IMG/VR virus record: IMGVR_UViG_3300034069_000054
Location: 1 to 45,169 of that record
Origin: a virus
Strand: one strand, 5' to 3'
Length of the DNA stretch: 45,169 bases
The notes beneath the pieces are model-generated. The model did not search any database, was not told the origin of the DNA, and was given only the letters and a program-made list of their open reading frames with translations. Made by a program: the position numbers and the translations under genes. Of the stretch, positions 23,502 to 32,277 are shown one piece after another (the first letter of the stretch is position 1; each line of letters opens with the position of its first letter).

Positions 23502-25957
23502 TGGCCGGCAAGGTCCACGACCGCAAGCGGCTGGTTGTCGACCGCGATCCGACGAAGCAGCTGGCCGTCGAGGTCGGCCGGTTCAAGGAACTGTCGCCGA
23601 TCGACATGGTGGCGGCGTTCGCGCAGTCGCTCGAAGATTACGGGCTGGAAGCACTCGAAGACGTCACCGGCCTGGACCTGACAGCGCTCAAAGACGCGCT
23701 GGACCGGCTGCGCGAACTGCTCGGCGGCGTGAACCTGTTCGACCCCGACAATTGGAGCGTCGACAACGCGATCGAACAGTTCATCGGGTCGATCCCCGAC
23801 GGGATGCTGGGCGCCAACTGGGGCGAACTGTACGAGCGGCTGCGCGGCGCGCCGGCACCCGAAGAGGCGCTGGACGCGCTGGCCGACTTCTTCAAGGCGC
23901 AGCTGGGCGGGCTGATCCCGTCGTGGCGCCTGCCGGTTCTGCCGCTGTCGCATATCCGCAACGTGAACCCGAACCTGCTGCCGGACCCGTCGTTCGACGA
24001 CGAAGCGACGCTGGCCGGCCTGCTCGACTGGGACTGGGACGACACCGACGGCCGCACCCGTCCGGGCTGCGCCTACACGATGGCCGACGGCACAACGCAC
24101 ATTCTGCATTCGGCGCCGATCGAAGTCGGGCCGGACGACACGCTGGACCTGGAAATCTGGGCGAAGTGGACCGGCCTGGTCACCAGCGGCGCCGGCCCGG
24201 TCCGCTGCAACATCGCGGCATACCGGCCGGACCACAGCCTGATCGGCGGCGGTCCGGCTGTCCTGGCCGTCGGCGGCGCGAACGGCGATTCCGCCGGCTG
24301 GGTGAAGCTGTCCACCGTCAACTGGCCGGTTCCCGACGACGCGGAGTACGTCGTGCTGGAACCCACCGTCGCAGCGTGGGCGACGGCCGGCGCGGTCCGG
24401 TTCGACGACGGCCGGCTGGCGAAGTCGGGCGCGCTGCCGCAGAACTACGTCAACGGGCTGGTGAGCGCATTGCAGGACGGCATCGCGCGCGTCCAGTCCG
24501 TGATTGATCAGGTGTGGACGGGCATCACGCGGCAAGTGCTCGACGGGCCGAAGAACCTGGCGGATCTGTTCGAGGTACTGGGCGCGATCCCGGCCGGCAA
24601 CGTCGGCGGCGTCGGCGGGCTGTCGTCGATCGGCGAGACGATCACCGAGACGTGGAACCAGTTGTGGGGCGGGTTCGCGCGCGGGATCGGCTCGAACAAG
24701 TCGATCGCTGACGCGGCGAACGCGGCGTCCGTCGTCGCCGACGTCGCGGACCAGGCCGTCCAGGTCGGCGAGTGGAACAACGCGATCCTGGGCATCCGCG
24801 ATAACAAGCCGCTCGACAGCGGCATGGACCCGACGGCCGTGTCCATGTTCCCGATCCCGGACGCGACCGCGAGCAACGGCGAACCGCTCTACCTGAACGC
24901 GACCGCGGCGTCCGTCCCGATGGCGTTCTGGATCGCGACCGAAGACGCGCAGCGCGGTTCGATTCAGTGGCTCGGCAAGGGCAACGCGAACATGACGGCG
25001 TTCTATGTGGACGTTTACCGGCTGGACAAGGCCACCGGCGCGGCGACGCTAATCCACACGTCCCCGGATCTGCTGCCGCAGTTGTCGGCCGGCCTGAAAC
25101 TGATCCGCTACGACATGCAGGCCGCGGCGCGCGTCTCTGTCGCGCACGGCGACGTGCTCGGGTTCGCGTGGCGCGTCCAGGGCGCCGGCACGCACCAGAT
25201 CGGCGCCCGCTACGGGCTGGCCGTCGGCGACCCGACGCAGGTTCCGCAGCGGCCGTCCGCGGTCCGAACCGGGACGCTGGTCGGCAACATGGCAGCCGGC
25301 ACGATTCCCTACGGCGGCGACGTCCCATGGGTGGCGTTCGGCATTGTGACGGGCGACGTGGCGCCACCGTTCTACGCGCCGCGCACCACCGAATACTCAC
25401 TGCCGGGTTCGGGCATCGTCTACGACATTCCCACCTGGGCGAAGTACCTGGACGTCGTGCTGCTCGGCGGCGCCGGCGGCGGCAAGGGCGGCAACGGCGG
25501 CGACACGCGACCGGGCTACGGCGGCGCGGCCGGCGTCTGGCAGACCGAAACGCTGGTCCGCGGCGTCGACTTCCCGCAGAACGCGACGCAGATCGTGTTC
25601 GACGTCGGCGCCGGCGGCGCCGGCGGCGCGAAGGAACAGAACGGGAAGTCCGGCACCCCGTCCACGCGGCGCGCGATCGCCGGCGGCAAGGCTGCGCTGA
25701 CGGCCGCGGCCGGCGCCGGCGCGACGCAGTACGGCAGCGGCACGGACCCGATGAGCACCGGCCGTTCCCCCGGCAGCATCGTCTACAACGGCCGGAACTA
25801 CGTCGGCGGCAGTGGCGGCGCCGGCGGACGTCCAGGCGCCAACGGTGGCGCACCTGGCGCCGGCGGCGGCGGCGGGTACGGCGGCATCTACACCGTGGCT
25901 TACGCCGGCGGCGATGGCGCCCGCGGCAACGCGTGGGTGACGGCGCGGAGCACGTAG
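23501..25957 (+). CDS. Minor tail protein / fibre (818 aa) with a C-terminal glycine-rich domain
   Basis: Track ORF. The C-terminal ~190 aa (about 25388-25954) is YLDVVLLGGAGGGKGGNGG...GGSGGAGG...GGGGGYGG. It is paralogous to the C-terminus of the next gene. Confidence 0.75.
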   Translation: MAGKVHDRKRLVVDRDPTKQLAVEVGRFKELSPIDMVAAFAQSLEDYGLEALEDVTGLDLTALKDALDRLRELLGGVNLFDPDNWSVDNAIEQFIGSIPDGMLGANWGELYERLRGAPAPEEALDALADFFKAQLGGLIPSWRLPVLPLSHIRNVNPNLLPDPSFDDEATLAGLLDWDWDDTDGRTRPGCAYTMADGTTHILHSAPIEVGPDDTLDLEIWAKWTGLVTSGAGPVRCNIAAYRPDHSLIGGGPAVLAVGGANGDSAGWVKLSTVNWPVPDDAEYVVLEPTVAAWATAGAVRFDDGRLAKSGALPQNYVNGLVSALQDGIARVQSVIDQVWTGITRQVLDGPKNLADLFEVLGAIPAGNVGGVGGLSSIGETITETWNQLWGGFARGIGSNKSIADAANAASVVADVADQAVQVGEWNNAILGIRDNKPLDSGMDPTAVSMFPIPDATASNGEPLYLNATAASVPMAFWIATEDAQRGSIQWLGKGNANMTAFYVDVYRLDKATGAATLIHTSPDLLPQLSAGLKLIRYDMQAAARVSVAHGDVLGFAWRVQGAGTHQIGARYGLAVGDPTQVPQRPSAVRTGTLVGNMAAGTIPYGGDVPWVAFGIVTGDVAPPFYAPRTTEYSLPGSGIVYDIPTWAKYLDVVLLGGAGGGKGGNGGDTRPGYGGAAGVWQTETLVRGVDFPQNATQIVFDVGAGGAGGAKEQNGKSGTPSTRRAIAGGKAALTAAAGAGATQYGSGTDPMSTGRSPGSIVYNGRNYVGGSGGAGGRPGANGGAPGAGGGGGYGGIYTVAYAGGDGARGNAWVTARST

Positions 25958-27126
25958 TGGCCGGCTGGTTCAACGAGGCGCCGGAACTGACCCGAATCAC
26001 CGTTCCGGGCTGGTTCGACACCACGCAGGCGCCGATCGACGAGGAAACCCGGATCGGCTGGTGGGCCGTGCTGGCGCTCGACATGCGCGACGTCGCCGAT
26101 CCCGTCCAGGCGTTCGCGATGCTCACGCTGAAAGGGATCGCGCTGGCGTCGCTGGCCGGCAGCACGGAGTCGCTGGCGCTGCGAAAGATTGCGAAAGTGG
26201 CGTTCTCGAGTTCCGGCGTCGGCACGCAGCTGCTCGCGCTGCGGAAGATCGCGAAGGTGCAGCTGGCGAACGTGGCGCCGGCGACGCAGGCGCTCGGGCT
26301 GAGGAAGGTCGCGACGCTGGTCCTGGCGCAGTCGGCCGGCGCCGGCGCGCAGACGTTTGCGACGTCGAAGATCCGGCCGGCTGCGCTGTCGCTGAGCACC
26401 GGCGCCGGCGCGCAGACGATGGCGCTGCGGTCCGTGTTCACGCTGGCGCTGTCTGCGCTGGGCGCCGGCGTCCAGGCGCTCACGCTGGGCAAGATCGCAG
26501 GGCTGGACCTGTCCAACGTCGCCGGCAGCGGCGAGGACGTCGCGCTGGGGTTCCGGCCGACGGCCGAGGCGACGACCATCATCACGGCGCCGGGCAACTA
26601 CGCGATCCCCCGCTGGGCGACCCATATCGACCTGATCGTGCTCGGCGGCGGCGGCGGCGGATCTGGCGGCGACACCGGATTCGGTGGCACAGCCGAGGGC
26701 GGCTACGCCGGCAACTGGGGCGCGGTGACGCTGGTCCGCGGCGTCGACATTCCCTGGCAGACGACAACGCTCGCGTTCGCCATCGGCGCCGGCGGAACAG
26801 CAGGGCCGAAAGGCAACGCGGGCGGCACCGGCGGGTCGACGTCGGTCGGCGCAATTCCCGGCGGATGGGGCGGCGGCGGCGTGGCCGGCGGCGCCGGCGG
26901 CACCAGTCGCAGCGGCGGCGCGGCCGGCCGCTCACCAGGAAACATGGACTTCAACGGCATTACCTACGTCGGCGGCGGAACCACGTCGTCAGGCGGCGGC
27001 ACCGGCGACCCCGGCAAGGTTCCCGGCGGCGGCGGTGGCGGCGGATCGGGCGGCTGGTTCGGTGGCGGCTCCGCTGGCGGACCAGGTGGCCGCGGACAGG
27101 GCTGGGCTCGCGCATACCAGGCGTGA
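25957..27126 (+). CDS. Minor tail protein / fibre (389 aa) with 7 tandem ~21-aa repeats and a C-terminal glycine-rich domain
   Basis: GTG overlapping the upstream TAG by 1 nt. It is the C-terminal 389 aa of track ORF 24967..27126; the upstream part of that ORF is Arg-rich shadow. Confidence 0.7.
   Translation: MAGWFNEAPELTRITVPGWFDTTQAPIDEETRIGWWAVLALDMRDVADPVQAFAMLTLKGIALASLAGSTESLALRKIAKVAFSSSGVGTQLLALRKIAKVQLANVAPATQALGLRKVATLVLAQSAGAGAQTFATSKIRPAALSLSTGAGAQTMALRSVFTLALSALGAGVQALTLGKIAGLDLSNVAGSGEDVALGFRPTAEATTIITAPGNYAIPRWATHIDLIVLGGGGGGSGGDTGFGGTAEGGYAGNWGAVTLVRGVDIPWQTTTLAFAIGAGGTAGPKGNAGGTGGSTSVGAIPGGWGGGGVAGGAGGTSRSGGAAGRSPGNMDFNGITYVGGGTTSSGGGTGDPGKVPGGGGGGGSGGWFGGGSAGGPGGRGQGWARAYQA
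26125..26550 (+). repeat. In-frame tandem repeat, 7 units of 60-63 bp (L-x-L-[RKG]-K-[IV]-A-x-hydrophobic-x...G-A-G-x-Q)
   Basis: Units LTLKGIALASLAGSTES / LALRKIAKVAFSSSGVGTQL / LALRKIAKVQLANVAPATQA / LGLRKVATLVLAQSAGAGAQT / FATSKIRPAALSLSTGAGAQT / MALRSVFTLALSALGAGVQA / LTLGKIAGLDLSNVAGSGEDV. Confidence 0.8.
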
Positions 27127-27153
27127 GCAACTACGACAGATAGGATCGCGAAC

Positions 27154-27543
27154 ATGGCCGTAGGACCGACACAGTTCCTCGTGAACAAGCTGCTGGACCA
27201 CACATTCCGCGGCGTCCTGTGGACACCACCGACAACGGTCTACTTCAAGGGCCACGTCGGCGACCCCGGCGCGGTCGGCGCGGCGAACGCGTCGGCGCAG
27301 ACCACCCGCTACGCCGTGTCGTTCGCCGCGGCAGCCAACGGGCTGATTCTGCTCAGCGGTACCCCCGAACTGACCCTGACGGCCGCAGAGAATATCTCGC
27401 ACGGTTCGATCTGGGACGCGCTCGGGCCGGCCGGCGGGAACTGCCTGTGGACGGCGCAGGCGTCCGTCGTGAAGGGCGGCGTCGCCGGCGACATAATCCG
27501 GCTGACGTCGATGCAGTTCGGCATCACCGGCATGGCAGCGTAA
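27154..27543 (+). CDS. Hypothetical protein (129 aa), tail-module-associated by position
   Basis: Track ORF with ATG start after a 27-nt gap. High GC3. Confidence 0.7.
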   Translation: MAVGPTQFLVNKLLDHTFRGVLWTPPTTVYFKGHVGDPGAVGAANASAQTTRYAVSFAAAANGLILLSGTPELTLTAAENISHGSIWDALGPAGGNCLWTAQASVVKGGVAGDIIRLTSMQFGITGMAA

Positions 27544-27544
27544 C

Positions 27545-27557
27545 CCCACCAGGAAGG
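27545..27557 (+). promoter_or_regulatory. Start-associated motif CCCACCAGGAAGG
   Basis: Ends 7 nt before ATG 27565. Identical 13-mer at 39392-39404. Confidence 0.5.
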
Positions 27558-27564
27558 CATCACC

Positions 27565-27894
27565 ATGGATGAAGAGTTCGAGCAGTTCGCGGTCGGCTGG
27601 GACGCGATCGCCGACGCGAACAGCGACCCGGCCGACGAGAGCAGCTGGGTTCCGGTCCGGTCCCCGCAGTACGACAAGGAAACGGCCGTGCGGCTGGTCC
27701 ACCAGCTGCGCGAGGTCCACGCGAACAACCCCGCGGTCCGCAACGTCGAACTGTTCGGCCGGCCGCTGCCGCCGGACTGGGTGCAGCTGGACGCCGGCCC
27801 GCGTCCGCTGCCCGACGCGCCGCAGCCCGTCGTCCAGCCGGCGCCCGTCGAGGACCAGGCCGTCGTCGCCGACGAGGCGCCGACCCCCGAATGA
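27565..27894 (+). CDS. Hypothetical acidic protein (109 aa)
   Basis: Track ORF with a strong extended SD. Confidence 0.7.
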   Translation: MDEEFEQFAVGWDAIADANSDPADESSWVPVRSPQYDKETAVRLVHQLREVHANNPAVRNVELFGRPLPPDWVQLDAGPRPLPDAPQPVVQPAPVEDQAVVADEAPTPE

Positions 27895-28058
27895 TCCGCC
27901 GGCTGCTCAACCGGCTGGACAGCTTCGGCATGTCCGACCCGGACGCGCACGAAGGCCACCCCGAAGATCGTTGCCCGGTCTGTTCCGGCGCGATCGCTGA
28001 CCACCCGAACTGGCGACACCGACGGGCGGCAGCGTTCGCGCTGCTGTTCTGGCCGTAG
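27891..28058 (+). CDS. Hypothetical small protein (55 aa) with a CPVC motif and a hydrophobic C-terminus
   Basis: Not in the ORF track (below its size cutoff). ATG overlaps the upstream stop (ATGA). 56 codons counted by hand, ending at TAG 28056-28058. Confidence 0.5.
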   Translation: MIRRLLNRLDSFGMSDPDAHEGHPEDRCPVCSGAIADHPNWRHRRAAAFALLFWP

Positions 28059-28072
28059 AAAGGCAACCCACC

Positions 28073-29626
28073 ATGACCGAACGCGTTCTACCCTTCGACC
28101 GCAAGATCATCCGACAGGACACCGGCTACTGGTGCGGGCCGGCGTCCGCGCAGATGGTGCTGTCATCGCGCGGGAAGTTCGTCGACGAAGCCACCCTGGC
28201 GCGCGAATGCCGGACCCACACCGGCGGCACCGACAACGTGGGACTAATCGAACGCGTGCTGGACGTGCGAGTCCCCGACGGCAAGTACCTGTCCGTCTAC
28301 CCCGGCGGGTTGAAGATCGGCACGCCGGCGCGGCCGGCCGACGAGCGTCGCGAGTATTTCTACTGGGACGTCATTCGGTCGATCGACGCCGGCTATCCCG
28401 TCGTCCTGAACTGGGTTGTTCCGCCGAACCGGAAGCCGATCCGCGGCGTGAAGGGATCGCCGAACCCGTCCTACGGTGGCGGCACCACATACCACTACGT
28501 GACGTGTGTGGGCTGGTCCGACGAGGGCAACAACGGCCGGCCGGCGCTGCTGATCGCCGACAGTGGGTTCGCGCCGAACGTCTACTGGGTCGACTTCGAG
28601 ACGGCGTTTCAGCTGATCCACACCGACGCTTACAAGGGCTACGCGTTCGCCGACCACCCGCTGCGACCCCCGCCGGCCGGCGTGAAGGTTCCCCCCGGCG
28701 TGCCGATCGCCGGCACCGCGCCGGCACCCGCGCCGGCGCCGGCACCCCCGCCGGCTGTCGTGAAGCCGGCCGGCAAGATCGCCAACCCCATGACGAAGGC
28801 CATGTGGACGAAGGCGAACCGCTACGCCGGCCGCGGCGGCAAGCCGACCCCGCTGTGGATCGCGCTGCACACCAGCGAGTCGCGATCGCGCGCGGTGAAT
28901 CTGCGGAACTACTGCGAGACGCATCAGGTGAGTTACCACCGGATCGGCGACGATCGCGACGTCGTGGGCATGGTCCAGGACGCCGACGGCAGCTGGTCGG
29001 CCGTCGGCGCGAACAACCTGGCCTACCACTATTGCTTCTCGAACAGCTTCGCCGGCTGGTCGCGTGACGCGTGGCTGGACCCGAACCCGGCCGACGGGTT
29101 CAACGAGCGCGAGGCGCTGCGCCTGGGCGCCAAGCAGGTTGCGTACTGGATTCAGCAGTCGCACGACGACGGCCGGCCGATCCCCGTCGAGTGGATCAAG
29201 GGCCGCGGCACCCCACCGTGGGGACACAACGGCATCTGCGACCACGCATCGTTCGGCGCCTGGGGCGGCGGACACACCGACGTCGGCCACAACTTCCCAG
29301 TGAACGTCTTCATGGACGACGTGCGGTTCTGGCTGACCGGCGTCGAGGCGCCGCCGATCGCGCCACCCCCGCCGGTCGTGGTCCCCGGCACGAACCCGGA
29401 CCGCTATGCCGACTGGATGGAATACGCCGGCAAGCCGAACCCGAACCGCGATCGCGTGCTGGCGATCCAGCGCGCGATGAACCGGCCACCGACCCCGTTC
29501 GGGCTGGACGTGGACGGGATCTTCGGGCCGATCACGCGGCTGGCCGTGATCGGGTTCCAGCAGCACGTCGGGCTGTACGCCGATGGCATTGTCGGACCCA
29601 TGACCGCAGCAGCACTTCGACCGTAG
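28073..29626 (+). CDS. lysA: Lysin A: endolysin with an N-terminal cysteine-peptidase-like domain, a central amidase_2-like domain and a C-terminal peptidoglycan-binding repeat
   Basis: GYWCGPASAQMVL near the N-terminus. Pro/Ala linker. WIALHTSES ... GHNGICDH ... HTDVGHNFP (amidase-like His/Cys). C-terminal LAIQRAMN...DVDGIFGPITRLAVIGFQQHVGLYADGIVGPMT (PG_binding_1-like). Confidence 0.9.
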   Translation: MTERVLPFDRKIIRQDTGYWCGPASAQMVLSSRGKFVDEATLARECRTHTGGTDNVGLIERVLDVRVPDGKYLSVYPGGLKIGTPARPADERREYFYWDVIRSIDAGYPVVLNWVVPPNRKPIRGVKGSPNPSYGGGTTYHYVTCVGWSDEGNNGRPALLIADSGFAPNVYWVDFETAFQLIHTDAYKGYAFADHPLRPPPAGVKVPPGVPIAGTAPAPAPAPAPPPAVVKPAGKIANPMTKAMWTKANRYAGRGGKPTPLWIALHTSESRSRAVNLRNYCETHQVSYHRIGDDRDVVGMVQDADGSWSAVGANNLAYHYCFSNSFAGWSRDAWLDPNPADGFNEREALRLGAKQVAYWIQQSHDDGRPIPVEWIKGRGTPPWGHNGICDHASFGAWGGGHTDVGHNFPVNVFMDDVRFWLTGVEAPPIAPPPPVVVPGTNPDRYADWMEYAGKPNPNRDRVLAIQRAMNRPPTPFGLDVDGIFGPITRLAVIGFQQHVGLYADGIVGPMTAAALRP

Positions 29627-29637
29627 GAGAACCCACC

Positions 29638-30861
29638 ATGGCATATCAGGCACCCCGCAAGGTCGGCGATCGGCACCGGCTGATCCCGAAGGCGAAGCAG
29701 AAATTGGCCGGCAACCTGTATGGGAAGGCGATCGGCGACGACCGTTCCGACGTCTACACCGAGGCGTTCGGGAAGGCGCTCAAGCAGTACGGGCGCAATG
29801 TTCACGAACTGGTGCTGGCCGGCCGGCGACCAGGGCCGGACGTGAACGATGACGGGATCTTCGACTGGGCTGTCCAGCGGCAGATGGACCTGGAACCCAA
29901 GCAGGAAGTCCCCGTCGCGGTCCCGCTGCCGACCGGCCCGCGCGCGCTGGCCTACGTGTGGCGCGGCACCGGCGGCGTCATTGGGCAAGATCTGGTGTCG
30001 CTGGTCTGTCAGGGCGTCGCGGATCTGGTCGAGGAAGTGAACCCACCGTGGGCGGCGACGATGGGCGGAATCCCCGTCGGCACCGCCGGCGGTATCGGCG
30101 ACCCGTCGATGTGGCAGGCCGTCCAGGACACCGTGGCGTGGACGCAGGCCGACTTCATCGCGCGGCGCAAAGTGAACCCGAAGATCCGCGTCGTGCTCGG
30201 CGGATACAGCGCCGGCGCGGTCGCGTGCGGCATGTTCCGGGACTGGCTGCTCAAGAACTTCCCGGAGAACTACGTCTGTTCGTTCAGCTTCGGCGACCCG
30301 ACCCGACCCATGGGCGGCGGGTTCTTCGGGCACCCGGCGCCGTGGGGGCGCGGTATCTCGACAATCCAGTACGGCGACCCGAAGGACTACCGGCACTGCT
30401 GGCTGACCAACGAGGGCGACATGTACGCGCAGGTTCCGGGCGGCGTCGCCGGCGACATCATGGACGACGTTTACGAACAGGTGACGCAGTTCGCGTTCCG
30501 GGACATTGCTCAGGTCGCGATCCGGTTCGTGGGCGCGATCCCGACCGTCGCGCAGAAGGCCGGCATATCGCTGCCTGGTGCGTTCGCCGCGCTGGCCGGC
30601 GGGCCGGTCGGGCTGATCGGGTTCGCGATCCCGCTGCTGCTGTCCAGCATGGGCGGGTTCATCCCCGGAAGCACCCCCGACGACCAGCTGACCGGGCCGG
30701 CCGCGGCGGCGAAGGCCGCGACGATCGGACTCAAGTTTCTGTTCGCCGGCACCGGACCACACATTCGGTACCACGTCGATGCGGCGTGGCCCGGAGGTCC
30801 GACACACCTGGACCTGGCGAGAATGCACGTCCGCGACTGGGTTTCGCGGCCGGCGGCATAG
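29638..30861 (+). CDS. lysB: Lysin B: mycolylarabinogalactan esterase (cutinase/serine-esterase-like)
   Basis: ATG at residue 190 of track ORF 29071..30861, with SD AGGAGA. G-Y-S-A-G nucleophile elbow (VVLGGYSAGAV). N-terminal PG-binding-like segment. Directly follows lysA. Confidence 0.85.
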   Translation: MAYQAPRKVGDRHRLIPKAKQKLAGNLYGKAIGDDRSDVYTEAFGKALKQYGRNVHELVLAGRRPGPDVNDDGIFDWAVQRQMDLEPKQEVPVAVPLPTGPRALAYVWRGTGGVIGQDLVSLVCQGVADLVEEVNPPWAATMGGIPVGTAGGIGDPSMWQAVQDTVAWTQADFIARRKVNPKIRVVLGGYSAGAVACGMFRDWLLKNFPENYVCSFSFGDPTRPMGGGFFGHPAPWGRGISTIQYGDPKDYRHCWLTNEGDMYAQVPGGVAGDIMDDVYEQVTQFAFRDIAQVAIRFVGAIPTVAQKAGISLPGAFAALAGGPVGLIGFAIPLLLSSMGGFIPGSTPDDQLTGPAAAAKAATIGLKFLFAGTGPHIRYHVDAAWPGGPTHLDLARMHVRDWVSRPAA

Positions 30862-30897
30862 CCTGGACACTGCACACCGCAACCGAGAGGAAAACCG

Positions 30898-31215
30898 ATG
30901 CTGTCGAAGTACACCCCGTCGCAGAAGGCGAAGGCGACGGCCGCGCTGCTGTCGGCGCTGGTTCTGTTCCTGACGTCGTTCGCCGGCTACGTGACGGAGA
31001 TCCTGCCGACCGGTAATGGCGCCGCGGTGGCGATCGGCGGCGGCGTCGCCGTCGTCTGCGCGTGGCTGGTCCGCACGGCAACGTTCCTCACCAACAGCGC
31101 GCCGACCCTGGACCAGATCGCGGCGCACGCCGACCAGACGATCGAACTGGTCCGCGAGGTCGCGCCGCAGGCCATCGACGCGAATTACGTCGGCCGGCAC
31201 CGGGCCGCGGAATAG
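30898..31215 (+). CDS. Putative holin (105 aa, two hydrophobic helices, charged C-terminus)
   Basis: Track ORF with SD GAGAGGAA. TM-like segments ATAALLSALVLFLTSFAGYV and AAVAIGGGVAVVCAWLV. Directly after lysB. Confidence 0.65.
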   Translation: MLSKYTPSQKAKATAALLSALVLFLTSFAGYVTEILPTGNGAAVAIGGGVAVVCAWLVRTATFLTNSAPTLDQIAAHADQTIELVREVAPQAIDANYVGRHRAAE

Positions 31216-31218
31216 GCC

Positions 31219-31581
31219 GTGGCGGCGTGGAACGGGCCGCGGCATCGCTCTTGGCTGTCCGACACGAATCTGTCGCTGTGCTTCGCTATCGCGATCGTGG
31301 TCGCGTATTTCATCTGGGAGCTGGTGGGCACGGCGCCGCAGGGCATGGTGACGCTGGTCGGTCTGGCCGGCGGCGCACTGCTTGGCGGACTCAGCGGCGA
31401 TAAGCGCAAACGTGAAGCTGAGCGGGACCAGGACGTGAAGGACGCGAAAGCAACGGCGCAGGCCGCGGCCGTCGTCGCCGACCGCGCCGCGGCCGTGGCC
31501 GAGGTCGAGCACCCGGAGACGGCGCAGCGCGCCGGCCTGCCACCGAACGAAGTCAAGGCGGACGGGGGCGACCATGACTGA
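31219..31581 (+). CDS. Membrane protein (120 aa, two hydrophobic helices, Ala/Glu/Lys-rich tail); possible second lysis-cassette component
   Basis: Track ORF, GTG start 4 nt after the holin stop. LSLCFAIAIVVAYFIWELVG and MVTLVGLAGGALLGGL. Confidence 0.6.
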   Translation: MAAWNGPRHRSWLSDTNLSLCFAIAIVVAYFIWELVGTAPQGMVTLVGLAGGALLGGLSGDKRKREAERDQDVKDAKATAQAAAVVADRAAAVAEVEHPETAQRAGLPPNEVKADGGDHD

Positions 31582-32230
31582 CGCGTTCACGAACCTGTGG
31601 TCCTGGTCTTTCCTGGCCGGCCTGGTGGCCGGGTTCGTGCTGAACCGTGCCTACTGCCTGGCGAAGACGTGCTGGCTGGAACGGCACCGGCCGCTGCCCG
31701 ACGGCCGGCACCGCTCGAAGTGGCGCGCGCTGTCCATCGACCGGCGCTACGTGATCGGCCTGCTGGCGATCGCGTTCCTGGGCTGGTCTGTCATCACGAC
31801 GTCGGACAACGCGGCCGACAACAAGCGCAACGCAGAGCAGGCCGCGGCGTTCGCCGAACGCGTCAAGAACTGCCAGTCACAGCTGATCGCGGCGATCAAC
31901 GCGTCGCGGCAGGTCACCGCGGAAAACGAGAAAATCAGCAGCGACAACGATCGGCTGTCGCGTGAGGAACGCTCACTGCTGGCCGATGGGCAGCGGGCGC
32001 TGGTCGAGTGGGTCGGGAACCTGGTCAACCCGTCAGATCCGAACGTGCGGAACCTGGACGTCAACGATCCGGTCCGGCAGCAGTACGGCATCGACGTTTC
32101 GCGCGCGTTCTTCGAGCGGGCCGGCCGGCTGAACGAACGGATCGTGGCGATTCACGACGAGCAGGACCGGAACGACGCGGCGCGGCCGGCAGCGCGTCCG
32201 CCGCTGCCAGATCCCGACTGCGGAGAGTAA
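31574..32230 (+). CDS. Membrane protein (218 aa) with two N-terminal hydrophobic helices and a coiled-coil-like soluble domain; last gene of the late operon
   Basis: Track ORF with an 8-nt overlap. WSWSFLAGLVAGFVL and YVIGLLAIAFLGWSVI. Followed by a terminator. Confidence 0.7.
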   Translation: MTDAFTNLWSWSFLAGLVAGFVLNRAYCLAKTCWLERHRPLPDGRHRSKWRALSIDRRYVIGLLAIAFLGWSVITTSDNAADNKRNAEQAAAFAERVKNCQSQLIAAINASRQVTAENEKISSDNDRLSREERSLLADGQRALVEWVGNLVNPSDPNVRNLDVNDPVRQQYGIDVSRAFFERAGRLNERIVAIHDEQDRNDAARPAARPPLPDPDCGE

Positions 32231-32240
32231 GCGAACACCA

Positions 32241-32273
32241 GGCGCGCCGTCCGACAAGTTCGGGCGGCGCGTC
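32241..32273 (+). terminator. Intrinsic-terminator-like hairpin ending the late/lysis operon (14-bp stem with two G-U pairs, 5-nt loop, then TGTCTTG)
   Basis: GGCGCGCCGTCCGA caagt TCGGGCGGCGCGTC read directly, 11 nt after the stop at 32230. Confidence 0.6.
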
Positions 32274-32277
32274 TGTC

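Noticed and set aside
26125-26550. CRISPR-like periodicity (60-63-bp units)
   Set aside because: The units are contiguous with no spacers. They are degenerate at the DNA level, in frame, and lie inside a tail-fibre CDS. No cas genes are present.
24642-26597. 651-aa antisense ORF, and the N-terminal 330 aa of track ORF 24967..27126
   Set aside because: Arg-rich shadow frames over the glycine-rich fibre genes (GGC/GCC repeats are open in several frames). The real second fibre gene starts at GTG 25957, where the upstream gene stops.
29404-31590. 728-aa antisense ORF across lysB and the holin genes; similarly 35622..36824 and 36881..38629 opposite the exonuclease and recT
   Set aside because: Same shadow-ORF signature. 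The sense-strand products have recognisable catalytic motifs.
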